Assembly: GCF_006345805.1 (NCBI RefSeq)
Contig: NC_043016.1
Coordinates: 23,126,001 to 23,190,000, forward strand
Length of the DNA stretch: 64,000 bases
Source of the DNA: Octopus sinensis
Lineage: Eukaryota
Direction: 5' to 3'
The notes below the pieces were generated by a model that did not search any database, was not told where the DNA came from, and saw only the letters and a program-made list of their open reading frames with translations. The position numbers were made by a program, and so were the translations under genes. Shown one piece after another: positions 1 to 11,985 of the stretch; within the stretch, counting starts at the first letter, position 1, and each line of letters begins with the position of its first letter.

Positions 1-104
1 AAAATTAATAACACAAATGTGATAATTGCAATTATGTATAAAATGGTTCTTGAAATATATTTTATATTTTAAACGAAACACGAGTAAATACATACACTTA
101 CATG

Positions 105-139
<35 letters not shown>

Positions 140-904
140 AATAGTCATTCTTTCGTTAGAAAGAATACCATAATATATGTATATATACCATGTGTATATA
201 TGTATGTGCATACATAACATATATAAGAACATCTATAACGTGTGTGTGTATATACATATATTCACATTTCATTTATATTTTTAGTACTGTCTATTATGAA
301 GTGTCTAAAAGTTTCGTCGCGCTTTTGCCACTTAGTCACGAATGACAATCCCACTGCCTCAAGAGGAATCACTTCAGTCATCAGGTCGCAGAAGTGACAT
401 GAAACTTTTAGACAGTTCAAAATTGACTACAGCCTATATACGGAACGAAAAGTTAATACAACGGATTTTGTTTGATTCTTCATAAATGGCCAGAATTATT
501 TCTCCATGGTTTCACATAAAATAACATTCGGCCGAAGACTAGCCCAGGCCATTGGCGCTTCCCGACTTTATTTTCCAAAAGCTGATTATTTTTTAAACAA
601 AATTTATAAGTAAAATTTAGAGTGTTGACTGGTAACACTCAAGTCAATTGAAAAAAAAAAAAAGTGAAAATGCTAAAGGAAATTTGTGCAAACAAAAGTT
701 AGGAAGTAGAAGAATGACGATCTGAAATTCTTCACTCAATTTTTTTTTCCACTAACTTTTATCAGCAGAGTTGTAATGTATCCCATTAAAAACGTGTCTG
801 TGAAATTTCACTAAAAATCTGTATTTTTCAGAAATCTATAAGAAAACAAAATGGGAAGGAGACCAATCCTTACTTATACTATATATACAGCATATACATA
901 TGTG

Positions 905-934
<30 letters not shown>

Positions 935-935
<1 letters not shown>

Positions 936-1143
936 CATATATATGTTTGTCCTCCCACCATCGTTTGACAACCGATGGTGGTGTGTTTACGTCCCCCGTA
1001 ACTTAGCGGTTCGGCAAAATAGACCAACAGAATAAGTACTAGGCTTACAAAAAAAATAAGTCCTGGGGTCGATTCTCTCGACTAAAGGCGGTGCTCCAGC
1101 ACGGTCGCAGTCAAATGACTGAAACAAGTAAAAAAAATAAAAG
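935..1143 (+). mobile_element. tRNA-derived SINE family A, 3' half
   Basis: Shares gacaaccgatg..gtaacttagcggttcggc..gaataagtcctggggtcgat..ggcggtgctccagca..gactgaaacaagtaaaa with many copies in the window; CpGs retained. Confidence 0.8.
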
Positions 1144-1974
1144 AAAATACAGCTTATATATATATATATATGTATATATATAATACACACATATAGAGAG
1201 ATTACGAATTATATTTTAAAATGTGAAAGAAAATCCAGAAAACATGCGAGATGGGAATGAAAACGAAATATTTTTTCAAAAAAAAAAAAAAGAGTAACAT
1301 TTTGATGGAAAAAACAAAATCCGATGATAAAAAGGAATATAATTTGTAACACGGGCAATAAATTCACAAATTTTGAGAGTGGAGTGTATCCTATGATACC
1401 GGTGAAGTAATTTGTCAGGTACTTATCTCTAACGGAAGGACGATGGAAAGAAAATTCAACCTAGGCGGGATTTGAACTTGTAACGCAAAGGGGAAGTAAC
1501 TAACAGAACTAATAATACTAATAATAATAATATTTCTAAACATTTTTGCATATAATTGTTTTTTAACGTTCATATAGGTGTTTCAAATATAAGGCACATG
1601 GTCGGGCATTTGGGAGAGGAGAAAGGGTCGATCGGATTATATCAATCGCAGTACTTGACTGGTACTTTATTTTATCCACTCCCACTGAAAGAAAAGAATG
1701 CAAAAACCTAAGTTGACCTCGGCGGGCGACAGACGAGGAGTGAGTCGGGGGTTGGTTGGAGGAGGGGGGAGGGGGCGTAATTGCAGTAATAGGTTCGAAA
1801 ACTGAAATTGAAATGCGTAAATAATAATAATAATAATAAATAATAATATTAATAATTTCGATGATGTTAGTGAAAGAGATATTTAATAAAATGGTTCAAA
1901 AATAAAATATGTGTGCAAAAAAAAAAAAAAAAGCAAATGAAACGTTATTAAAAAAGTAAAAAGTGGTAGAGGAA

Positions 1975-2150
1975 GGAGTAAAGCGGAAGCGAAACGAGTT
2001 TTAAAAGCGCATGTGCAGTGGTGGCGTCGGAAGTTATGATTAGTTTTCTAGCAGACAAGTGCGAGAGAAAGTTTTAAAGTAAAGGAGACGAACATCAGGT
2101 GAAGTTGTTAGTTTCGTTTTCACGACAACAACATTCCACCATCTACATCA
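1975..2150 (+). promoter_or_regulatory. Putative UBE2K promoter / 5' UTR
   Basis: CpG-retaining stretch just upstream of the ATG, with ETS-like CGGAAG (1984-1989) and CGGAAGT (2028-2034) and an NRF1-like GCGCATGTGCA (2007-2017). The TSS cannot be located from sequence alone. Confidence 0.55.
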
Positions 2151-2213
2151 ATGGCGGCAATTGCTGAACAGCGAATAAAGCGAGAATTTCGGGAAGTTAT
2201 CAGCAGCGAAGAG
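2151..2213 (+). CDS. UBE2K: UBE2K coding exon 1 (MAAIAEQRIKREFREVISSEE)
   Basis: ATG at 2151; donor GAG|GTAAAA at 2213/2214; phase 0; N-terminal helix of E2-25K. Confidence 0.97.
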
Positions 2214-2530
2214 GTAAAATTGTTATGTTGTTTAATAAGGATCGAGAAGACAGCCACTTCAAGCCATTACCAACCAATACCCCGCCACTCTTTTTTTAAC
2301 ACTCACAATACACTCGTGGCTTTACAACAATTAACCTTTTATGTTTCGCGGTCATTTTTTAAAAAAAAATTTCTTTATGTTTATATTTATGCACAATCAT
2401 ACAAATATCTATCTGTCTATATCTATCTATCTATCTGTACTTATCTATCTCTATATCTATCTATCTATCTATACACATGCTTACATACACACACACACAT
2501 ATCTATTTATATATATGTGTATATATATTA

Positions 2531-4072
2531 GGTACTTGTTAATAATCGTGGTCCCGGTTTTGCACACGCGAATTCGCGCGCGCGCGCGCGCCAGACGTAG
2601 GTACTCGATACTCGAGATCCTACGAGGTGACTTGCGCATGCGCAGTGCAGAATTCGCGCGTGCGCGTTAAACCCCCCCCCCCCGGAAAAAAAAAAGGATT
2701 TTTTTAAAGATACCTTTCTGCTTTTAACACAAAAAGGTGTTGGATTTAACTAAAAATATATATATGTGGTGTGTGTGTGTATATATAACATATTCAATTT
2801 TACACAAAAAAATTACATAGTCGCTTTCCTCGCGGATTTACAGATAAATGAATTAATTACTATTTTACAGAATAAAATTAATGAATTAATTATATAAATT
2901 AAATAATTCTTGAAAATTAATTATTATTAATACTCGAGATCCTACGAGGTGACTTGCGCATGCGCAGTGCGCGATTCGCGCATGCGGGTAACCCCCCCCC
3001 CCCCCCCCCGGAAAAAAAAAGGATTTTTTTAAAGATACCTTGGTCGCTTTCCTCGCGGATTTACAGATAAATGAATTAATTACTATTTTACAGAATAAAA
3101 TTAATGAATTAATTATATAAATTAAATAATTCTTGAAAATTAATTATTATTAATAATATTTTTTGAACAAAGTAAAAAGTAATTACTTTTTTTTTACAGA
3201 AACGCGAACGGGGAATTTTCAGTTTAAAGTTTATAAATAAATACATTTCATGTGTAATGTAAAATAGTAGTCAATTAATTAAATACCTTCTTTTTCTGGG
3301 GTATTATTCGTTCAAACTCGTCACGTATTTGTAACTTTTCGATGTAAGTCTTAAAAAGTTGCAGCAGCTTAGCAGAAATGTCACGTTATAATTTCTACAA
3401 TGCAATGGTTTCAATACACGCGGAAGATCATACCCATTCAAACTTTATATCATTCTGAAACATCTTTCAGAATATTCATCACACGACCGTTTTCATTTGT
3501 CCAAATATTTTTTTTCACAGAAATTCATCAATGCTGTTCCTTCTGCTGTCTTCTCTCTCCTTCTCCCTTATTTACTTCAGGCAATCTCCATCTATCGCAA
3601 AAAAGGGATTTTGAAAATCTTTGTCATGATTTTAATTCGAGGAGTATCTTTTAACATTTTTTATTTTCGAATATCTCATTCTATATGTGGCCTTTTTATT
3701 TTTCTCAAGTTAATAAGTGCCAGTAATGAGAGGAACATATCACAATTTTCAGTTTCCTTTACATGTTCACATAATAAATACATATTATGTCATTTTCTGT
3801 TAGGAAAGGCATAATTAATTTCAGTTAATGTTTGTCTAATTACCACAGTATTATGTAGATAACAGTTTGTTTATAAGGTTTTTATTGCCTACTTCAGAAA
3901 GCACATGACAAATATACTGAATCGGACAAGAATCTAATAAGACTCAACATCATGACAGTCAAATCCTCGTAGGATCTCGAGTATCGAGTACCTACGTCTG
4001 GCGCGCGCGCGCGCGCGAATTCGCGTGTGCAAAACCGGGACCACGATTATTAACAAGTTATTAACAAGTACC
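2531..4072. mobile_element. Non-autonomous Mutator-like (MULE/foldback) DNA transposon, 1542 bp
   Basis: TIRs 2531-2627 and 3965-4072 are identical apart from an 11-nt duplication in the right TIR. Termini GG...CC. Exact 9-bp TSD TATATATTA at 2522-2530 and 4073-4081. No intact transposase. Confidence 0.85.
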
Positions 4073-4538
4073 TATATATTATATATATATCTATAATGCA
4101 TATGTGTATATTTATTGCTAGACACAGCTAAGACTATCATAAATCAGTAATAGTAGAGAGAGTACCGTTTCTTATTCCTCACCACATAATACTAACACAT
4201 CACTCCTGCTTTTCGAATTCCAACTCCGTTATGTGGTCATTATGTGAGGGTTCGCTTTAATACGATCATCGCTTTCTAAACTAGACCCCCATTTTATGTT
4301 TGCCTTGCGTCTAAACCCTGGTAAGCAAACCTATTACTATTATAGTTCTTACTCATTTTATCTCTTTTTCATTTTTTTAAAATGAAATAAACCAATATTC
4401 TATACATTTTACTTATGTCTGTCGTACTCTTAAAAGACTTAATGAGTGCTATTTGTTAATCAGTGCTAATGAGTATGCATACATATATGTTTATATGTTT
4501 GTACATGTGCCTATATTTATAAAGCGTATGTATCATTC

Positions 4539-4579
<41 letters not shown>

Positions 4580-4701
4580 GCACAAAATATACAGCTCTGA
4601 TAAGTGTCGGCCATGGTATGTACCAGGAGGCCTATCACTGTTAAAAGGAAAAAAAATTTATGGAAAAACCCAGTCTCCTCTGTATTATAAGAGGTAACCG
4701 T

Positions 4702-4747
<46 letters not shown>

Positions 4748-6806
4748 ATGAGTTGTCTAATACACATATCAATAAAAACAGCCGCCTTCCACATTCAGCA
4801 ATTTCTGTGATACTTGATGATACTGGAATATTTTTACGTATGTTACCTCTGTGTGTGTGGAGGGTACTTCACTGTTTCTGACACTCTGTGTATGCATTTG
4901 TATGTTCTGATACCTATAAGTGTGTGTATGTATATATGTATATATACCTGCGTGTGTGTACACTCACACACACACACACTTGTGTTCGTTTTACGTCTGT
5001 TTTTCATGCTGGCACGAGTTGGACGATTACACACAGAGGTATTGTTTTACTATCTCTTGCCCTTTGTGTTGCTAATACTTACCTATTTTTCAAGTTATGG
5101 GTTATTGTTATTTCGAAAGTGAAGAGTTGTGGGACAGTTTGTGAGCGATGAATGTTGAGGCATCACCGTTATTTGCTTTAAGGTCTCCGTGCGTGAACGC
5201 AGTATGTAAGCATTCACACAAATGTACATACATGTGCACAGTCATACAAAGGCATACGATCAGCTACGCCTTTTGTCGCCAGTACTTCACTGCTTTAACA
5301 AGTAAGGGTATCTTATTTTTATTCCATAGATTTTTGTAAACGGAATGTAAACGTCATTTACAGTTTTGTTCAAGTAAAACAAAGATATCTACATTCTTGC
5401 ACATATCCACACCCCCATCTGTCTGTCATATATATATATATATATAAATGGGGAAGGCCTGTTTATGAAATTACTTTCCGTTTTCCCGTCCATCATGGGT
5501 TTAGCTTTATGACGTATCGTCAGATCCCATAAACCGGCCTTCCCCGTTTTTAATATATACTGCTCTACATCTTAGAGTGTGCTTCTTTCGGACTTAGGTT
5601 TTCTACAAACGATATATATATATATTTATAATGGGCTTCCTACATTTTCCATCACTTCACAAGGCCAATGCTTTCTCAAAGTACAGAAGATATTTGTATT
5701 GCTATGAGATTAAACCTGAAACCATGTGGTTGAGAAGTACCTAAGATACTTGCTACGATTTTGCTGCATTGACTTTTGTAGTGAACAGTGAGACTATAAT
5801 TTGTATATTATAGTTAAATTCTTTGATAATTCAAAACTTCTCTATCTCAAGAACCTTACTGGGAAATTGTCATTTCAAACTGTCTTGATTCTTTTTCACT
5901 AGGTACACAGCTTCCTTCTCTTGTTTTTGCGGAAGTTCTTTTTTTTTTTTTTCTTCAAGATTTATTGATATTTTAGTAAATGTTTTAACTCCTAAATGGA
6001 GATCTCCTAGCAGTATTTTGCCCATTGATGTATGACATTGTTGGTTTTAGATATTTTTCATTTTCAGAACCCAAACTTTTTGATTGTAAAAGTTGTTAAA
6101 GCTTCTTTGGTGCTTCAAAAACCATATTACTCTGCTGCTTCACTTTATCTAAATTATAATAATGGCACACTGAATTATAATAGATATCATTTTCGTGCAC
6201 TTTCTCAGCAGACTAGTTTACTATGAAATACTGGGTTGTGTGATGTATTGAATGATCAACAGATTGTTATGTAATGTACATCAGTTTCACAAATTCTTCA
6301 CAAATACTTCCCAGGTTTTTGTGAAGCATTTGGAGGATACCTCTAAGGGAACTTTCATGTCCTCTTCTTGAAATTTTCTCTAAACTTGACTTTAGATGGT
6401 AATGAATTCAAATTTTGCCTTACATTTTTGTTTTCTTTGTTCACTTCTGTGTTTATATGTATGTACATAAGTATGCATCTGTACATGTGTTCATGGCTCT
6501 GGTTAAATAGTCTGTTGTCTCAACCTTGTGGTTCTGAGATTAGTCCTACTGCATAACATCAAGAGCAAGTATCTTCCACTATTGTCCTTAAGCTGACCAA
6601 AATCTTATGAATGGAGTTGATAAATGGGTACTCAAGGAAGCCTGTCATGTGTGTATGGATGCATCATCATCATTTAATGTCTGCCTTCCATGTGCATATT
6701 CATACATGTAAATGTAAGCTTGTGTGTAAACATAGAGTAAATGCATGCTCATATGTATACACCATATGTGTGTGCATGTATGTGTACATGAGTCTGTGTA
6801 TGTATG

Positions 6807-6850
<44 letters not shown>

Positions 6851-7449
6851 CATACACACAGGCAATGGCTGTGTGGTAAGAAGTTTGCTTCTCAACATCA
6901 CAGTTTCAGTTTTAGTCTCACTGTGTCACTTTCGGCAGGTGTTGTCTTCAGGTGTGAGCCAGCCAAAGCCCTTGTGAGTGGGTTTTGTACAAGGAAACTG
7001 AAAAAAACCTATCATAAATAATATATATATATATACATACACATACATGTGTGTTACTGTCTTCTTGCCTTGACATTACACGATAGTTGTAAATGAATGG
7101 TTACTATCATCCAATCTTTGTTAATAACATGTCCAGTCATGGGAAAATATTACCTTATTTGCAAACTGGTGAGTGATGGCAGCAGGAAGGCCATCATGCC
7201 ATAGAAAATCTACCTCACAACCATGGAAAAGTGCATGTTAAATGATGTATATATATATACATATATATATATATCATCATCATTTAAAGTCTGTTCATGC
7301 TGCCATGGGTTGGATGCCATGACAAGAACTGGCAAGCGGGGGGGGGGTGCACTAGACTTCAATCTGATTTGGCATGGTTTCTACAGCTGGATGCCCTTGC
7401 TACAGCCAACCACTTTATAGTGTTTTGGATTCTTTTACATGTCACCATA

Positions 7450-7490
<41 letters not shown>

Positions 7491-7493
<3 letters not shown>

Positions 7494-8466
7494 CTTATGC
7501 ATATTCAATACACTGCTGGATGATGGTCTTGTGTTTCCTTCATCCATGTTTTTGGTGCCAAAGAATTTAAGTTTTTATTTCAACTTCATCAGTCTTCCCT
7601 CTGTCTTTTTTTTTCTGGATGTGGTATCCACTCTGGTCAATTTGCTGTTCCATCTATTATCCTTTCTTCTAAACACATATCCTGAAAATTTTCCAAATGA
7701 TACTGTTAAACCTGTTGCCACACTTATCCTGTTGTTTCTCCACTTACTCATTTTGTTAATCTTCGGCATTCTCCTGTTCATGGCTCATTGTGTTGATCTT
7801 AATTTTATTTTCAATGCTCTTGTTGATTCAAGTTTCTGATGCATACATAATAGTGGGCAGCACACACTGGTTGAAGGCCTTTCTTTTTAGACACATAGGC
7901 ACACACTGGTTGAAGGCCTTTCTTTTTAGACACATTATACATGTGATTCAATTTACCAAACGCTGTCCCTCTTAGTTGTATTCATTCTTCATTTTGTTTA
8001 TCTGATTTTTTTTTAAAGTATATTATTTGTCCAAGAGAGGTATATTGCTTTATATGTTCAACTATTTCATCATCTATTACTACTAAGAGCACTGGAGGAA
8101 AAGGGAATCAAAGGAGACTGTGTGAAGTTATTTGAGAATATGTACACCAACTGTAGAACTATAGCTGCTATAAACAACAAAGCAATTGATATCAAAATCA
8201 GTAAGGGAGTTAGACAAGGAGACACAATATCACCCAAATTCACATCTGTATTAGAAAAAGGTTTTTAAAAACTAATATTGGTCAGATAAAGAAATAAATG
8301 GATGCAGGCTAAATCATCTCAAATTTACTGATGATATTGTACCTTTTTTTAGGAGTATTAAAGAATCAACAAAAATGCTCAGAGAACTAAAAGAAAGCAA
8401 AACGTAGACTCAGAATTAATATTAATAAAACTAAAATAATCTACAACCATCTGTTCATAGCTGGGA
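7491..8466. mobile_element. RTE-clade LINE fragment with internal inversion
   Basis: + strand 8083-8450 encodes RT core (KGVRQGDTISPK...FTDDIV...NKTK). - strand 8083-7495 encodes the next segment (VIDDEIVEHIKQY.SLGQ...AFGKL...RRKDNRW...IIQQC*). Confidence 0.8.
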
Positions 8467-8591
8467 ATGTGTGTGTGTGTATGTATATGTAGGTATATAT
8501 ATATAATTTAAAATAAGGGTAAGAAATTGGACATTTTAATTAACATCAATTTAACACCAGTGGTCTAGCATATTAAAATTATGTGTGTATG

Positions 8592-8640
<49 letters not shown>

Positions 8641-8661
8641 GTACATTTGTATATGTATATA

Positions 8662-9278
8662 CATCATCATTTTAATGTCTGTTCATGCTGGCATGGGTTG
8701 AGCGGTTTGACAGAGCTGTCTGGACTCCATTTGTCAGTTTTAGGATGGTTGAATGCCCTTTCTAAAGCCAACCATTTTACATAGTGTACTAGGTGCTTTA
8801 AATGTGGCACCAGCACAGACACTTTTATGTGGCATAAGCATGGGCAGTTACTTTCTCTCTTAGTGAAAGGCAAATTGTACGATGCCTGTGCACAGACAGC
8901 CATGCTACTTGGTAGTGGGCTCTGACAACTGAGGACATGGAGGGCTTGAAAGAAATTAAGCCAGCGTGCTCTGCTGGATGGGTAATGTCAGTGTGCATTT
9001 ACAACAGTGTAAGTGATTTGAGAGAGGAACTGGGTATACAAGGTATCAGATATGTGCAAGAGAGAAGACTGCTGGTGTGGTCATGTGATGTGTATGGATG
9101 AGGACAGCTGTATCAAGAAATGCCGATCTCTAATTGGGGAAGCAATATGTGGATGGGGTAGATCGAGGAAGATGTAGTATGTAGTGGTAAGAAAGGATCT
9201 TCAAATGTTGGGCCTCGCAGAGGAGATGACAAGGGACTGAAACTTTTGACTGTTTGCTGTGCTTGAGAAGACATGTCC
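8662..9278. mobile_element. RTE-clade LINE 3' end with inverted ORF segment
   Basis: - strand 3' UTR and (ATG)n tail at 8845-8662; + strand ORF end FSLLVKGKLYDAC...AVLEKT at 8853-9278. Confidence 0.8.
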
Positions 9279-9354
9279 ATGCATACAGGCTTGTCCTGTA
9301 CATCTCTCTCTCTCTCTCTCACTCTCTCAGCCAAGAGATCCTAGTCTAGTAGGC

Positions 9355-9486
9355 ATGTGGGTGTATATACTTGTATGTATATGCATATATATGTATATAC
9401 TTGTTTGTAAATGCATATATATGTATATACTTGTATGTATATATATATATACTTGAATGTATATTTAATATATATATATACTTGAA

Positions 9487-9522
<36 letters not shown>

Positions 9523-9615
9523 CTTGAAAGTATATGCATATATATGTACATACTTCAATGTATATGCATATATATGTACATACTTGAATGTATATGCATA
9601 TATATGTACATACTT
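9355..9615. repeat. AT-rich minisatellite (approx. 24-nt unit, e.g. atatatgtacatacttgaatgtat)
   Basis: Visible tandem units; abuts the 3' end of the mariner relic. Confidence 0.85.
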
Positions 9616-10586
9616 GTGTCTCCATCTTTCCTTTAACTTGAAAATACCCTCTTTCCAGAATTGAGGTGGTTTCATGGCAAAGAAAGGTATCTTTTTACAT
9701 CATTCAAGGAATTGAATTTTTACCATTAAGACTATTCTGCAGAGACCTGAATAAGTGGAAATCCGAGTGAGCAATATCAGGTGAATATGGAGGGTGGGGT
9801 AACACACCCCAGCCAAGCTGCAGCAATTTTTGTCTGGTTCCCAAAGAAACATGCAGTCTTGGAAAACAACACCCTTCCTGTTGGCCAATTTTGGACGTTT
9901 CTCTTTAATTGCTGCTTTTAACTCATCCAGTTGTGTGCAGTATTTCTCAGAATTAATTGTTTGGTTACTTGGGAGAAGCTCATAGTACAGAATTCCTTTC
10001 CAATCCTACTAGACACAAAGCTAGACTTTTTTAGGGTGAAGACCCGCTTTTGGGTGGCTAAGGGTGGCTCATGTCGCTTATTCCAGGATCGCTTTCTATG
10101 AACATTTCAATAGATAATCCATTTCTCACCACCTGTCACAATTTGCTTTAAAGAAGGTGCGTTTTCATTCCGTTTATAAAGCGAATCACAAATGGAAATG
10201 TGATCCAAAAGGTTCTTCTCATTCAACTCATGTGGTACCCAAACATCGTAGCGATTTGTGTACCCAAGCTTTACCAGGTTCTCATGAACGATGGATTTTG
10301 ATAGATTGAGGCTTTCTGCCAATTCTCAGGTTATGCAATGTGGGTTATTCTCAATTATAGACTTGATTTGGTCATCATCTGTAGTGGATGGCCTGCCAGA
10401 TCGCTCTTTATCAATAAGTCTACAATCTCCTGCTCTGAATCTTGCAAACCACTTCTGTACAGTTCTTTCAGATAAAGAAGCATCGCCGTAAACTGCTCAT
10501 ATTTCTTTGGTTGCTTGTGAGGCATTTTTCCCTTTACAGAAAAAGAAAAGCATCAAGTGCCGAAAATGAACTTTCTTATCTTCCAT
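9615..10586 (-). mobile_element. Degenerate mariner transposase
   Basis: MEDKKVHFRHLMLF..KGKNASQA..SERTVQKWFARF..RSGRPS, WVPHEL, IVTGGEKWIIY and YSPDIAHSD motifs, with stops and frameshifts; TIRs not recognised. Confidence 0.92.
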
Positions 10587-10937
10587 TTTAAAGGGAGCCA
10601 TGTGAGCAAGGGAGAGAGAGTGACAGAGTAATAGGATAGAATAGTGGGAGAAGAGGAGGTAAAAGAATAAGAGAGAGAAAGAGGGAAAAATGAAAGAGTA
10701 AAAAAAAATTGTATAGAATACACATCAGAATTAAGATAAAACTTACTTGGAAGAGTATGTGTGGTGTTCAATCATATAATAATATAAATAATGTATATAT
10801 TTATGCATATGTGGGCACAAGATGTCATGAAACGTGTACAACAAAAAAGTATGAAGCATGAGTACATGGAACATGAACTATTCTTTCAAACAAGGAAAGA
10901 CGCAAATGGAAAACAAAACAAACATAAAGAATGACCC

Positions 10938-10992
<55 letters not shown>

Positions 10993-10995
<3 letters not shown>

Positions 10996-11177
10996 GGTGG
11001 CACGTAAAAAGCACCCACTACACTCACGGAGTGGTTGGTGTTAGGAAGGACATCCAGCTGTAGAAACATTGCCAGATAAAACTGGAGCCTGGTGCAGCCT
11101 TCTGGCTTCCTAGATCCCCGGTCGAACCGTCCAACCCATGCTAGCATGGAGAACGGACGTTAAACGATGATGATGAT
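10993..11177 (+). mobile_element. RTE 3'-UTR stub (short 5'-truncated copy or RTE-tailed SINE)
   Basis: ggtggcacgtaaaaagcacc..ccaacccatgctagcatgg..ggacgttaaacgatgatgat; the same 3' end follows RTE ORF ends at 12410-13080 and 62620-63300. Confidence 0.85.
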
Positions 11178-11556
11178 ATATACACACACACACACATATG
11201 TATATGTACATACTTACTTGTATATTTATATACATATGCATATGTGGGCACAGAATGTCACAAAACGTAAACAACGTAAAATACAAAATATGAACTTTGT
11301 TTGCGAACAACAAAAGAAACAAATGGAAAACGAGACAAACGACATAAAGAATGACCCTTCATCAGTTGTTGGCTGTTTCTCTAATCCGTATTTCAAGCAT
11401 TTTACGGCAAGATATGCCTTTGATGAAACATTTGTTCCCGCAAAGCAGATTAAATGAAATTTAGGATTTTGCGGAAGGTCAAAATAGGTAACAAAAACAG
11501 GACAGTGAAAACAAACAGGTAGGGCTGTTAACCAAACTTGGACAGAAGACAGACAT

Positions 11557-11985
11557 GCAGATGTGGCTGTATGGTAAGAAGTTTACTTCCTAACCACATG
11601 GTTTCAGGTTCAGTCCCACTGCATGGCCACTTGGGCAAGTGTCTTCTACTATAGCCTCGGGCAGAACAAAGCCTTGTCAGTGGATTTGGTTGATGGAAAC
11701 TGAAAGATGCCTGTTATTTATGTATATATGTATGCGTGTGTGTGTTCTTGTCTGTGTTGTCCCCCTCCACCGCTTGACAACTGCTGCTTAGAGTAAAGAC
11801 ACCAATGTTAAATTGGGGTATACTAACTCTGTTTCATCCCTGTAACTTAGCAGTTCAGCAAATAGACTCCTGCAATAATTATTAGGCTTAATAATTCTTG
11901 GGGTTAATTCATTCAATTAAAACCCTTCATGGTGGTGCCCTAGGATAGCCACAGTAAAATGACTGAAACAAGTAAAAGATAAAGA
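11557..11985 (+). mobile_element. tRNA-derived SINE family A, full-length, with a 52-nt foreign insert
   Basis: A/B-box-like head (tggctgtatggtaag, ggttcagtccc), central ttgggcaagtgtcttctactatagcc block, gactgaaacaagtaaaaga tail. Confidence 0.85.

Noticed and set aside
301-414. Hammerhead on the - strand (CTGATGA ... GAAAC)
   Set aside because: Stem II cannot form (C opposite C at 10.1/11.1), and stem I does not register with a cleavage triplet.
2214-2531. 126-aa ORF 2151-2531 as the full protein
   Set aside because: Similarity to UBE2K stops at the GT donor (2214); the rest is intron and microsatellite read-through.
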